NCBI GenBank assembly: GCA_964016885.1
Contig: OZ024741.1
Coordinates: 225,990,001 to 226,054,000 of the forward strand
DNA length: 64,000 nucleotides
Reading direction: 5' to 3'
DNA from: Eledone cirrhosa
Taxonomy: Eukaryota
Shown here: positions 41,843 to 56,576 of the stretch, piece after piece
How positions within the stretch are numbered: position 1 is the first letter of the stretch
Layout: each line of letters opens with the position of its first letter
Program-made: the position numbers and the translations under genes
Notes under the pieces: model-generated
The model's database searches: none
The model's input: the letters and a program-made list of their open reading frames with translations, nothing else
What the model was told of the DNA's origin: nothing

Positions 41843-42649
41843 ATAACAGATTAAAGATTAAGCAAAGAATCGCTGCTTTCACCCTAATGGGATCTTCTGA
41901 AACTAAAAAAAATCAATCTATATATACAGAGAGAGAGAGAGAGCGGAAGAATGAACTTCGTTACTTGACTGGTATTATATTTATCGGCATTGAAATGCTG
42001 AAAGGTAAAATCGACCTCGGCAGGGTTAGAACTCGGAGCACAGAAAGCCACAACAAATACAGTAAAGGATTCTATCCGATGTTCTCACGACTCTGTCAAT
42101 TTGCCGCATCTCATCCTTTATATATGTGTTTAAATGGTCATATTTATGCCCTGTTTACATTACATTTAGGAATAAAATTACAGTCATCAAAATACTTGTT
42201 TGTATTAATGCAATATGGCGTAGCTCTGAGTGAATCGTGTGAGTATAATTTTCTTCTATTCATATTGCTATTAGAGGGATTTTTTGGACGTTCTATAGCA
42301 ATTAATTAAATAATTGTTCAATCGGTAACTTCTATATTTATAACTAAAACATTCCGTTTATATTTCGTTCTGTTATTTTTCTTCGGTTGTTTCCTGGCAT
42401 TGATGATAATGTAATGCACAACCATGTTGTTTGTAGCAAATTCCTATTTAGTGAATTCTGGTTTGTGAGGTGTATTTCTACGACCTTGAATAAAAGACTT
42501 CTTCAATGAATAAGCATTTATTTACCAAAGCTGAAAGTTGTGGTATTAGCATTTAAGCTGGAAATAATATTCATGATTAATTTTCGGTGAATAGTCTCCG
42601 ATGTTATGTGTACGACTACTCGTATTGAATGCCTATGCATGTATGTATG

Positions 42650-43235
42650 TTATATCTTTCTCTTAATTTCGAGTTATATCTTTCTCTTTTTTGACCGGCC
42701 ACCTTCCTGGTGGCAAGGTTGTAAAAGAAAAGAAATTGTCATCCCTTTAATCGCAAGAATGTTTTGCAAATTTTGAAGGTGCCAGCTATCGCAGCCATTT
42801 GTAGTCTATGAATTAGGGAGCTGCGCTTTTTATCCGGAAATCCAAGTTCAGTCATACTTTGGTCCAAGCGGGTTGGTATATAACCCGTAGCTCCAATAAT
42901 GATGGGTATGAAGCTAAAGGTGTATCTTGGATACTGGATTTGTAAACTTCTCATCAATGGTCCGTAGATGTCCTCCTTCGCCTGTATTTTTCTGACAACG
43001 TTTACATCACGTGGGCAGCTGATCTCCACAACAGAACACGTTTTCAATGTGTGGTCCCAAACAACAATATCAGGCCGGTTGTGCTTTCATTTGGTGGCAG
43101 TTTTTATTTTCAGGTTTCACCAGTGCCATCTGTCTCAATATATTCTTCCTCGTTTGTTTTCAATTTTGTTTTCCGAAGTGCGTTACAGATGGTTCTAGCT
43201 ATCCCATTGTGTCTCATGGGGAGGTAGTAGCGAGA
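42650..43235 (-). mobile_element. R4-clade LINE 3' fragment (second subfamily)
   Basis: RYYLPMRHNGIAR, PDIVVWD..VVEISCP..K..IY..IPIIIGATG. Confidence 0.85.
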
Positions 43236-43316
43236 TGTATGTATGTATGTATGTATGTATGTATGTATGTATGTATGTATGTATGTATGTATGTATGTAT
43301 GTATGTATGTATGTAT

Positions 43317-43901
43317 TGGTGCTACTGGTAACATGTATCCCAGTACAACCTGTCTCATGGTCCGGTCGTTGGCGACTAAACTGGCAACCCCACCAAGGTT
43401 TCTTGGTGAGGAGGGTGACTTTGGACATCCTGCAGGACTAAAAACAAAACCTGTCATAGGGAAAAGGAGCTCTTAAGAGTCAATGGCCATCCAAAATCAC
43501 CGGGAGAGATGACCCCCTTAGCCTTTGTCAAGGCAGAATTCTAGGAGAAGGAACACTCTGATATAACACCTGCAACTTTGATGGTATCCATCTTGTTCTT
43601 TTTTTTATAAATATCATCTTGGTTAAAAGAGTGGGACTGGCATTGTGCAGTGCCTTTGCTCACTATAAAAGCTTCACAGCACAGGCATTGCTTTATATCT
43701 GGAGATCTCTCTGCACTTGTCGTCACATGGTACCATGGGCCCAGCACTATGTGTCAATAATTGTCACAAGTGTAGTGTTTGTACCAGAGTTTTCAAGTCG
43801 CTGGCTTGACTAAAAGGTCACACTCGTTCAGCGCATCGGTAGGAGTTCTCCTACATGGATATAAACTGGTGGCCGTACTCGAAAACGAGTTGGCAGCCAC
43901 C
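43317..43901 (+). mobile_element. Short RTE-derived element (5' UTR-like part plus 3' C2H2 end) between (TATG)n arrays; 5'-truncated copy at ~59237-59645
   Basis: 59250-59645 is near-identical to 43515-43901; HKCSVCTRVFKSLAGLKSHTRSAHR; (ATGT)n tail. Confidence 0.7.
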
Positions 43902-44229
43902 ATGTATGTATGTATGTATGTATGTATGCATGTATGTATGTATGTATGTATGTATGTATGTATGTATGTATGTATTGAATGCCTATGTATGAATGTATGT
44001 ATGTATGCATACATGTGTGTATGTATCTATGTATCTTCTTCTGGTTTTATAATTTCACAAATTTTTTCCCAATAGAGAGAGAGAGTCGGTTTCTAACATA
44101 GACACAAGACTCTCATTGGAATTTACACAACATCAACTAGGTAGATTATGTGTGCATCATGTATGTGTAGATATGGATGTGTATGTTTTGAGTTGTATGT
44201 GTGCATGTGTATATGCTTTGTGTCTGTAC

Positions 44230-46440
44230 ATGCGTATATGCAGTTATTAGATGCAACACTTTTGGAATGTTTTACATATATTTACTGTTCCATTAACGGA
44301 TTGTACTTGTAATTTCCTAATTAGTTGTGTTATTTCTGTTCCTGTAAAGCCTAGGTGCTCAAGATTGAGGCAGTTGCTAACATACCCCAGTGCTCCAATA
44401 ATCACAGGCATAAATCTGAAGGTGTAATCAGGGTGGTGTATCTGCAGATTTCTCATCAGTTCTGCATAAATATTCTCCTCTTCGCTAATCTTTGATATTA
44501 TATTGGCATCTGCTGGGCAGGTAATTTCCACTACTGTGTATGCTTTCTTCTCCCTGTCCCATGTCATAATATCTGGTCTGTTATGCCTGCATATTATTGG
44601 GGTTTTTACTGGAACATTCCACCGGTACTCTTTCATATTATGTACATGGATGTCTTCCACATTGCTGTACCTTTTAATGTGTTTATTATCGGAGCTATCT
44701 TTTTTTTCGAACTGCATCGTACAGTGTTTTGGCCACTACATCGTGCCTCATATGTAGATAATACCGCGATGACATCTTTGGACAGCTGCTGATGACATGG
44801 GTGATATCCTCGATGTTAGTTCTGCAGAGTCTGCACTTGTTATCACATCTAGGTGTTTTGCCTGCATCCCTATCTCTTTTGTGAATCAGGTATTTTGTGT
44901 TAATCTCCTGTGCTTGGATTGCAAAAGCGTATCCTTCAAAGTGGGAGCCGATATAGCGGTTGTTGGTCCAAGATAGACTACTTTCCTTATCTATATTACT
45001 CTCACTCTGGAGCTTCCTGGCAACATATCCATGCATGATTCTTTGCTGATAAGCATGCAGTTTTTCATCCATGGATTCACTGCGATACTGCTGAGCAACT
45101 TCCCTGGGTGTGAGCTTTTGATTATCACCAGGATATTTCTCCCGAGGTGTTCCTTCCCAACTCTCATGATCTTATCTGTTTCATGCAGATAGACTTGCTC
45201 GAGAGACGGGATCCTACGCTTCGAGGTTCGTAGATGTTGTCAGAGAGATTTGATGCGACATTCAAATGCTGTCTGGACTGATGTTAGGCCTCTGCCTCCC
45301 TGCTTACGTTTCAAGTAAAGGCGGTCTATGTCACTGTCGATGTGGAAGTTTCAGGTATTGTTTAGTATTTTTCGAGTTCTAACATCAACTGCTCCGATTT
45401 CGTCAATCGTCCAATTGAGTATTCCAAACGTTGGTGTTAGGACGGGCACAGCAAACACATTGTGAGCCACTGTTTTGTTTTGCGCAGAGAGTTCCGATGA
45501 CCAAATCTTTCTTAATCGGATGTAGTATTCCCTCGTTACGCGTTCCTTATTACAGATACCATTATAGGATATGTTCTCATCTATCCCCAGGTATCTGTAG
45601 TCCTCATCTATATCGGTGAAACAGTTACATCATTGGCTCACAGGAGAACAGAAATAACCCATAATTTCTTTGTGGACGATCTGAAACTCTATGCCAAGAA
45701 CATGGATGGGATGAAGAAAAATCTTGACCTGGTTAGAACGTTCTCAACGCATATAGGAATGGAGTTTGGCCAAGATAAATGCTCATACATGACTCTAAAG
45801 CGGGGTAAAACAACAACCCAATCTAGCAACATTGTCATCAATGGCCTAACTTGTTGTAGTGTAGGAGCAATTTCTCTTAGCGACACTGCATCTTGGTTGA
45901 AATTCTTCTTTTCGCCCCATATTTTGCTCCAAAAGGAATCTATGTCTTTCTAGGATGCGGCCCCAGTGTCACTTATTATTTTGTTCTTCATATCTCTATA
46001 GACTGATGTTTGGTTTCGTCTGAATCTTTTATTAAGCACTTTTCTCTCATCTACCTTCTCCAGGTATCGGCATTTTTCGCTAACAGCTCTCAATTATTGT
46101 TTGAGGGTGATCAGCTTATATTGAAGAGTTCTGGTTCTACTGTTACCAAACATCGTTTCTATTTTATTTTTCACTCTTTGTTGGAGAGGAGTGAGGTTTT
46201 TTCGTGTTTGTTTGCATGTAAGGAGCATTGTCACATATCCTATGGTTTTTCGTAGGTCAGCAATCTTTTTTTCTATTTTAGTTATATATGATGGTATTTT
46301 TGGTGGTGTTCTGTTCTTGTTAATATCTCTGCTATCACCAAGATAATGCTTCACTGTCGTTAATAAGGCATAATAAACAGGCGTTGATTTGCCAAAATGT
46401 TGGGTTTTTTATCCGTTGTAAATATCTATCCCCTATTTCA
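44230..46440 (-). mobile_element. R4-clade non-LTR retrotransposon remnant (partial RT, CCHC, RLE) with internal inversion
   Basis: YRYLGIDE..IWSSELS, CRLCRTNIEDITHVISSCP..RHDVVAK, HNRPDIMTWD..VVEITCP; the FVDDLKLY segment lies on the plus strand at ~45633-45851. Confidence 0.9.
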
Positions 46441-47046
46441 TCAATAACACGTAATATTTCATTATTTGTTTTTTTTTTGTTTTTTTTTTCCTTGTAAAAT
46501 GAATTATGTATTTAGTAAGGTGTCTTCAGAAGATATAGTTAGAAGAATAACCAGTTATTCAACATGACTGTAGTTGTGGCATTACTGTCGGAGATAGTAT
46601 TCATCTTAAATTTAATAAATAGTCTCCCACGCCAAAATATGCGATTGATCGCGTTGACTGTATGTATGTATGTATTTTTGTAGGAATGTATGTTTGTATG
46701 CATGTATGTATGTGTATGCATACATGTATATGTGTATAGGAGTATTAATATATGTATGTACATGTATACATTTATGTGTGCATATAAGTATGTATACATG
46801 CATTTATGTATGTATGAATGTATGTATGTATGAATGTATTTATGAATGTATATATGTATTAATGCAAAATTTAAAGGAAAACGAAGATTAGAAATCAGTT
46901 GTACTCATGAGAATACGTGTCTGTTGAATGTTCAGCAGCCTGTACGTTAAATCAACGGACGGGATTTTCTTGCTTTGTTAACATCTGTGACACACGTCGA
47001 TAGAACCGACGAACGTTCAACACATATGACGAGTACAGAATATATA

Positions 47047-48197
47047 TTAGGTTGGGCAAAAATTCATCGCCTATTTTTGAATTGTTATGAACTCTGAGTT
47101 TTTATACTTTTACCATTAGGAACATCTTACAAATCATAACAATGACCATCATTTGCGATTAACAACTGCCAACGTTTAGGAAAGCACAGGATTCAATCCT
47201 TGTATATTTTCTGGCATCCGTGCAAAGAATCCCTCAGCCTCTGATTTAACTGGTCTTCATTGGCGAAGTTTTTTGACAGCATTGCATTGCTCATTGAGAG
47301 ACAAATGTGACAGTCTGTAGGAGTAAGTTTGGGCGAATAAGTCGGATAGGGCAGAACCTCCCAACTTAGCTCCAGCTACTGCTCACAGGTTATGTTGATG
47401 TATGCGGCCGCGCGTTATCATGAAGAAATCGAATTGGACCATGGTTAGGGTGCACCTGTGCGATTTTCGCCGCTAATGTGCCATGTTGGTGGCAATAGAC
47501 GTCAGAGGTTGTGCTGGTGTTCGGTGGGATAACACATTTCCTGTCCCAATAAAAGCTCAGTAGGGCTTTGCGAGGGTGAAGGCCAGCGTCTGTTTGCAAT
47601 CGTGATACACTGTTTTTATCAACCCACGATCGCTTGTGAGTTGCATTAATGTAGAGAAACTAGTGACAATGGAATGCAAGCAGTTGGTTGTGAACTAGTA
47701 GGAGAGCAGAGAAGTCGCAGCTGCTGCCCAACATTCACGATGACGGTTAGTCAGATTAAGGGGCATCCATTGGTCCAGCTTGCAGAGTTTCCCTATTTGT
47801 ATGCAAGTGATTGAGGATGGTTGTTTCGATGCCTCTAACATTTCGAAGCGTAGACGTGATATCTAATATGGGTCGGTTTTCACCAGCTCACACAGTTACT
47901 CGTCATTGAAGTCAGATAGACGCCCTGCGCTAGATAAATCGTCACGTCTATAATCACCGCAACAGAAGTGTGCGAACCTGTCACTGGTAATACGTTCAGA
48001 CGTGGTGCGGAATCCAAATGCTTTGTTAATGCGACGGCTCGATGCTGCAGTGTTTAGGCCAGATTTAAAATCTTAAAGTAAAGCGCCAAGAATAAAGAAC
48101 GTTCATAGATCCTTGTTGTTCCCTCTTTGACGACGTAACAGAAAGTGAGAAATGCACATCGAGTATACCAACTTATATATGTGTGCATGCCCAACCT
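47047..48197 (-). mobile_element. Mariner (Tc1/mariner) transposon relic
   Basis: TA|TTAGGTTGGGCAAAAA TIR; LHPRKALL..WD, FLHDNARPHT, WEVLPYPTYSP; possible partial right TIR TGCCCAACCT ending ~48197; many frameshifts. Confidence 0.85.
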
Positions 48198-48659
48198 TCG
48201 AGATCTCCATAAACCTCTACCAAAGTATCTCCTTTTGATTTTTCAACGGGAACGTTTGAGCAACTCAATATGTATGAAATATATGCCCAATGAAGCTGTG
48301 GCACTATAAACGTGGGATGGGCTCCGTCATGTGTTAAGACTGTGTTCCTAAGACCCCATCAGGAATTAAGGACCGTTTAGTACTTAGTTATATAACCAGG
48401 GTGTATATTATTAACAAATCTGCCGGAAATTCTATTTACCAACATTATAATATGATGAGCCGTCTCCATTCCATGTAATTTGACCCAGCCAAACCCACAT
48501 TATAAGTATTTAAGTACATGCAAAAACACCATTAGTATTGAGACAGATAGTTGGAATTGCTTACAGAATGAAGAAAATATAAATATCCATTTCTTTATAA
48601 ATATATATATATATATATAGATATATATAGATATTTTTTTTATTCATTTTATTATGTCT

Positions 48660-49804
48660 TTACGATATGAGTTCAAATCGCGCTGAGGTTAACTTTGCCT
48701 TTCATCCTTACGGGGTCGATAAAATAAAGTACCGGTAATGTACTGGGTAATTGCTGGCCACTGTCTATGGAGTTTTATACCTGTTGCCAATATTGCAATT
48801 TTTTTCTGTGATGCATGCGTCCTGCCCCTTCGGCGTTTGTTAAGTTGCATATTTACCACGACATATCTCATCTTCTATCACGTTACTATTGTCTCGTTCT
48901 TTCAAATAGGTGTCTTCCACACCATCTGGTTCTGGCGGATAATGCCAACTATCATTGCCCTCTCTACACGTCACTTTCTATGTTTGTTTTCATCTTCATG
49001 TGTAACTGGCCTTCTTCTTTGTCTATCATATGACTTAAACATCGTACATGTAATTCTATACTCGTAAGCGTTTATTATTAATAATTGTTTGTTCTTTTGG
49101 CACAAGGCCAGCAATTATCCCAGTGCATTACTCGAACTTTATTTTATCGACCCCCGTAAGGATGAAAGGCAAAATTAACCTTGGCGGGATTTGAACTGAG
49201 ATCGTAGAGGGCCGTAACTCTATGCATGGCGTCCGACCTTCTACCGATACTGCCAATCCACCGGACATGTTTGATTACTTTATCAGACACTGTGGCTCCA
49301 GTTGGACCAGCAGTACGTCCATTTCGATGGCCGATGACCCCGGTCTTTTGTACCTGTTGCCAATATTAATGTGTTTGAATCAATAGATATATTTTCCAAC
49401 AAATATTCTTTGATAAATACATAACACTTGTCACATAATTCAGCAGGAAGCGTTCGTCGCTCTAGTGGAGCAAGAAAGAAAAAAGTTTGGAAGGGAGTAT
49501 ACTATACATCGAGAAAATCAAATAGAAAGAAGCAGTTTCACCAACTCTAATTAAGTGGTCAACAAGGGAGTATTTATGTGGTTGATCAACTGGCTGGAGA
49601 CAGTAGCCAAACAACGTCTAATCACATACTGCTATCTTAAATATACAGTAGAAGAATACATTGGAAAATAGATTCCTTTGGGTAACAGGTCTGCTGGACA
49701 AGATCTGATCTCGAGCTACACATCAATAACACAATCTTTTTATCGAACGCCATATTCATCACACACACATACACGCACGCACCGACACACACACACACAC
49801 CCCT

Positions 49805-49862
<58 letters not shown>

Positions 49863-50057
49863 AACGAGTAGGATCCCGACGGCTGAGCTCAAGCCGTTTC
49901 GACGGCTAATTCTGGACTCGGGTCCAGAATTAGCCGTCGAAACGGCTTGAGCTCAGCCGTCGGGGTCTTACTGGTTCCTATTACCCACTCTACTACCTCA
50001 AGTATTGAGTACTTTGGTGCGTTATGGTCCACCTGGTTCCTTACCACATTTCCTTCG

Positions 50058-50103
<46 letters not shown>

Positions 50104-50241
50104 CTAACCAATACTATTACTAATTCTCACTTATTCCTAATTAAACTATTTTTCACTGTGAACAATTTGTCAGCATTTTCTTTTCCGTTTATCAATATAA
50201 ATATATATATATATAAATATATATATATATGTGTGTGTGTC

Positions 50242-50273
<32 letters not shown>

Positions 50274-52855
50274 TGTTCGCGTGTGTATGTGTGTGTGTAT
50301 AATCATACATATACATACGTATATATATATAAGGAATCAAAAATAGAAGTCTATATTGAAGACTTTGTATATTTTCAGTGTAGCTGTTATATTTTAGCTT
50401 TTAGAATGTCGATTTATGATTCTTTGAAATTCGATTAAATATTTCCTGATCAATGAAGCGTATGATCATAGCAACATTATTTTAATTTCAAATACATCAT
50501 ATATGACTGAGTGAGTGAGTGATGCTCGACATTCAGACGAGTGACGTCTCTCAATCGCAATCCATTAGGAAATAGAAAGTGTCTGTCTGCTTTTACTCCA
50601 AGTTAGTTCGGTGTGTGGTGTATAGTAAATGCACCTATGTGCGTGACTTGTACGTCAAAGAAGGAGTGAACTTTTTCGTGCCGGGTATATTTGAACTCAG
50701 AACATAAAGGGACATATCTACATACCGTAAGTGGAGGCACGTGGTCTAATGGTAAGGGTGTTGGACATACGATCATAATGTCGTGTGTTCGATTCCTGGG
50801 GTGTGTGTTGTGTTCTTTATTTCACGTTGCTCCAGTATATTCAGCAATAGCTGGGGGTTTAACCCTCCGATGGACTGGCTTCCCGCCATGAAACCGAGAT
50901 AAGCACCGGCCAAATAAGCCTTCTGGCTTAAGACATACCATAAAACATTTTAATCGGCGCTCTAATGAGTCTATCGTTTAAGTTTGTACAGCATAAACAA
51001 TACTAATAATAATTGTTTATACTTTTTGGCACAAGACCAGCAATTATCCCAAATGTATTACTGGTACTTTATTTTATCGACCCCTTAAGGACGAAAGGCA
51101 AAGCTAACCTCGGCAGGATTTGAACTCACAACGTAAAGAGCTGTGACTCTACGCCACGAAGCATGTTGCCGAACACTGTACCGATACTTCCCATGTACCA
51201 CCCTGATAATAATAATTGTTTCTACTTTTGGCACAAGGCCAGCAATTACCCAGTTCATTACTGGTACTTTATTTTATCGATCCCGTAAGGATGAAAGGCA
51301 AAGTTAACCTCGGCGGGATTTGAACTCAGAATGGCAAGGGCCGTAACTCTATGCGTCAAAGCATGGCGTCCGACCCTCTACCGATACTACCAATCCCCGC
51401 CTTTTTACCCTGATAATAATAATAATGATTTCTACTATAAGCACAAGGCCAGCAATTTGGTGGGGAGGCGTAAGTCGATTAAATCGGCTCCAGTATTACT
51501 GGTGCTATATTTCATCGACCGAAACTCTGCAACAAATGCCGAGAAGCATTTTGTCTGACGCTTTGCCAATTCAAGCAACACCCCGCTGTCTAACAATAAA
51601 AATCTGGATGCTCAGTCTTATCTGAATTATTTACTTAAGTTTCTTCTCTTGTTCCATTTCATAGTTTGGCCAAGATGCCATGCAATGGTATTTAACACAG
51701 AACCTCAGGATAGTGAAGCTAACTACTAAAAATTCAGTATATGCGGCGACACTTTTTTCTGCTAGTTCATTACACCGTGCTATTTAGGACTATTTATTAA
51801 TTATTCGTGTTCACGTTTTATATTTTGAAATGTAATCTGCAGCGTAAGTTAGAAAATATTGTGTACGAAAATATTATTCGACGTTATATGTTGCGTTTCC
51901 TTATATTCTGAGTTTAAATCCCGCTGGGAACTAAGTTCAACGTCGATAAAATAAAGTAACAGTCAAATAATTGTTTCTACTTTTTGGCACAAGGCCAGCA
52001 ATTACCCAGTGCATTACTAGTACTTTATTTTATCGACCCTGTAAGGATGAAAGGCAAAGTTAACCTCGGCGGGGTTCGAACTCAGAATGGCAAGGGCCGT
52101 AACTCTATGCGTCAAAGCATAGCGTCCGACCCTCTCCCGATATTGCCAATACACCCTTAAAGTAACAGTCACATAATGTAGTCGATTTAATGAATTCTCC
52201 ACCCACAAACGTTGCTGATCTTGCTCCTAAATCTAGATACCATTGTCAGATCCGTGGATTGGCAGACAAAATGTCTGTGTACACTCGAAGCTCAAACGTC
52301 GGCGAGGTCAACTAGTTTTCCTTTATACGATAAAATAAGATGTCTGTGAAGTACTGTGGTCGAATAACCGTATCCGGTAGGTCTCTGGACTTGTGTCTGT
52401 GATAGAAAAAATGGCTTACATTGTTTTTATTATTATCTTGGTCTTTCATCCTTATGGGGTCGATAAAATAAAGTACCAGTAATGCACTGGGGTCGATTTA
52501 ATCGACTTACCCCTTCCCTCAAATTGTTGGCCTTGTGCCTAAATGCGAAACCATTATTATCTTTACCTTTCATCCTTATAGGATCGATAAAATAAAGTCC
52601 CAGTAATGCACTGGGGTTATTTGTGCCAAAAGTAGAAACAATTATTATCAATGCTATAGCGTCCTTAGAACGCGAGAAAAATGCTTAGAAGTATTTGTTC
52701 GGTTCTTTATTTTCTGAGTTAATATCTGATCGATGTCAACTTCACCTTTCATACGTTCAGTGTAGATAAAATAAAGTACCGGTGCTGTTTGGAGATTGAT
52801 GGGATAAACTTTGCCCCTCCCTAAAAGTTTTGCCTTGTACTTAAATTAGAATTAT
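48660..52855. mobile_element. Cluster of about nine dominant-SINE copies in both orientations
   Basis: Copies near 48660(+), 49082(-), 51010(-), 51213(-), 51430(-), 51900(+), 51968(-), 52440(+), 52660(+). Confidence 0.85.
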
Positions 52856-52960
52856 TATTAATTAGAAAGCGTTATTAATTATGTGATAAGAATAATACCT
52901 CAAATATTCTTATATCGAACAATAAATTGTACTGGGACATGATAGAAATTTCAATTTAGC

Positions 52961-53022
<62 letters not shown>

Positions 53023-53107
53023 TAAGTTATTCCGGGTTGAATCGGAGGTAACCACAGTAAGTAAGGTACTGAATACATAGCAGAGTATAAAAGTTTTAAT
53101 ATAGATG

Positions 53108-53158
53108 AGATTCTACAGGACTGGAACTGCTTCATTCTTTAGAAATCATCAGGAATCT
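53108..53158 (-). ncRNA. Type-I hammerhead (GAAA mutated to GAAG) in an inverted PLE terminal repeat
   Basis: Minus: AGATTC-CTGATGA-tTTCTaaAGAAt-GAAG-CAG ttccagtc CTG-TA-GAATCT. Confidence 0.75.
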
Positions 53159-53159
53159 G

Positions 53160-53533
53160 TCATCTCACACACCGATGATTGCAACAACAAAAAGACTTAT
53201 ATCGGCATGACTTCCAATAATTTAAGACCCGGTGGTGTGCCCATACGGACTTCTTCAGAAGACCAGACAAATTAAATCAGACAACACTCGCCTCCTATGT
53301 TTGGGACCTCAAAAAACTCCACCCCCTTCATGCTTAAATGGAAAATACTACAGGAAGCACGCTCATTCAACGGAGGACACAAGTGCTGCAACCTTTGTAT
53401 CTCAGAGAGCTACGAAATTTTATTCGCCAAGGGCCCGCTACGGAACAAACTCTCTGAACACTGCCCGAACTGCATGCACAAACATTTTGCAACTTTCAAA
53501 AACCTTAAGCCAGTGTTAATGCCGGATGGCTAA
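53160..53533 (+). pseudogene. 5'-truncated PLE GIY-YIG endonuclease
   Basis: KTYIGMTSN, TTLASYVWDLK, LKWKILQEARSF..CCNLCISESYEIL..CMHK across frameshifts. Confidence 0.85.
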
Positions 53534-53935
53534 AAACGACTCACCCTTTTTTTTTTTTTTTTAAACGCCAGCCGACAAAATAGCCCCTCTATCTCGTTTC
53601 CACCCTACCCTACCCCTTATCAACCTGAAACACGGCACTATGGTTATGTAAGTTCCTCTTAGCTATCTGTATTTTCTGCTTGTAGAGCTGTTTTTATGTG
53701 GCTGTGTGTATGCGTATATTTATGATTACATGTTTGTATGTATTTGTATGAGTGGCCGTTCGTTTGTATGCATATCGCTGTGTGTACGTCCGTTCATATG
53801 TACCTGCATATGGGCATGTTTTTGTATGTTTGTGTGTGTATATATATATATATATTTTTTTTTTTTAAATATATATATATATGTATATATATGTATATGT
53901 ATATATGTATATATATATGTATATATGTATATGTA

Positions 53936-54032
<97 letters not shown>

Positions 54033-54045
54033 ATGTATATATGTA

Positions 54046-54084
<39 letters not shown>

Positions 54085-54103
54085 ATACTTAGATGAGAAT
54101 AGT

Positions 54104-54183
54104 CTTCCCTGACGACGGAATGTTTCACTGTGTCTTCTTCGGAAAATATATTTACTCCATTCCAGAAACTAATTAGTTGGAAG
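54104..54183 (+). ncRNA. Type-I hammerhead ribozyme, intact core
   Basis: CTTCC-CTGACGA-cGGAATG..CATTCCa-GAAA-CTAATTAG-TT-GGAAG. Confidence 0.85.
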
Positions 54184-54229
54184 TGATATTTTAGTAAGTA
54201 AGTTAATTTTATAATTTTCTTATTTTACG

Positions 54230-54276
<47 letters not shown>

Positions 54277-54355
54277 CTTCGGTATCCTTTGTTCTTTATA
54301 CTTGTTGGTAGTAGTAGTTCGAAGCTATATAAATGCGTGTTGCAATAAATGTGTG

Positions 54356-54482
<127 letters not shown>

Positions 54483-54552
54483 TATATATAAAATATATAT
54501 ATATATATATTAATATGTGTAGAAGTAAACACAGTAAACCCGTGTCTAAAAG

Positions 54553-54620
<68 letters not shown>

Positions 54621-54952
54621 AATACTTTTAGACACGGGTTTACTGTGTTTACTTCTACACATATTAATATATATATATATATGTGTGTGTGTGTATGTGA
54701 ATGTGTCTGTTGACACCCGGAATATAGCTTAAGAGAAACATGACAATAATTATATGATAGGCACCCAATATTTTGAACTGGTTTATAGTATTCTTTCTGC
54801 CTTTGTCACTTTAAAAATAAATTTTAGCCTTAAAGAATTAGCTTTTAATGAATTCCCTTTTCTTTCAACCAATGACCTCTACCCATCCCACTCCCCACCC
54901 TCTCCTACCACCTGAAAAGATATAAATACCACAACATTTATTTTGGAAAGCC

Positions 54953-55003
54953 AGATTCATGATGATTTCTAAAGAATGAAACAGTTCTAGTCCTGTAGAA
55001 TCT
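54953..55003 (+). ncRNA. Type-I hammerhead (C3 mutated to A), direct counterpart of 53108-53158
   Basis: AGATTC-ATGATGA-tTTCTaaAGAAt-GAAA-CAG ttctagtc CTG-TA-GAATCT. Confidence 0.75.
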
Positions 55004-55015
55004 CATCTCTATTAA

Positions 55016-55848
<833 letters not shown>

Positions 55849-55911
55849 TGTAGAGAGAGAGAGAGAGTGAGAGAGAGAGAGAGAGAGAGATAGAGATGTA
55901 AAGAGAGAGAG

Positions 55912-55970
<59 letters not shown>

Positions 55971-56000
55971 AATAGAGAGGGAGAGAAAGAAATAGAGAGG

Positions 56001-56048
<48 letters not shown>

Positions 56049-56540
56049 CATATGCGTGTGTGTATATATAATGTGGGCATTGGTGCAAAACGCAAACAAA
56101 TGTCAACACATGGTCGCACTCGCATGTACATATATGCTCACCACTGAAAAAGCTCACGAACAGCTTCTCCACACCATTTATGAGGCATCTGCTAAACACG
56201 TGCAGGAGGTCAGTAAATAAGCCACCATATAGTAGAGGTCATGAAGAAGGCCACATATTTATTGTACAATATTTCCACAACCTAATTGCTAATTAATTAT
56301 ATTATTAAGGAATTAATTTACTCATAAAATGATGAGTCATTTATAGTGTATGCGGTTTATTTAAATATATAAGCAGATTTAACCATTCGTATTGTTAACA
56401 ACCATTTTCGCGTTTCAAAGTTGCCGAGACGGCGGAGCTATATTTATATATATGTAAAAGGTAAACAGAAATTACAACACTATCGGTACAGTATATGGAA
56501 GGAATATATTAGGTTAACGCTTGTAATAACAGGAAAAGGG

Positions 56541-56576
56541 TCTTAACGTTTCGGACGCTAGTTCTTCATCAGAAGA
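56541..56576 (-). ncRNA. Ultra-minimal hammerhead motif
   Basis: Minus: TCTT-CTGATGA-agaactagcgtcc-GAAA-CG-TT-AAGA. Confidence 0.65.
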
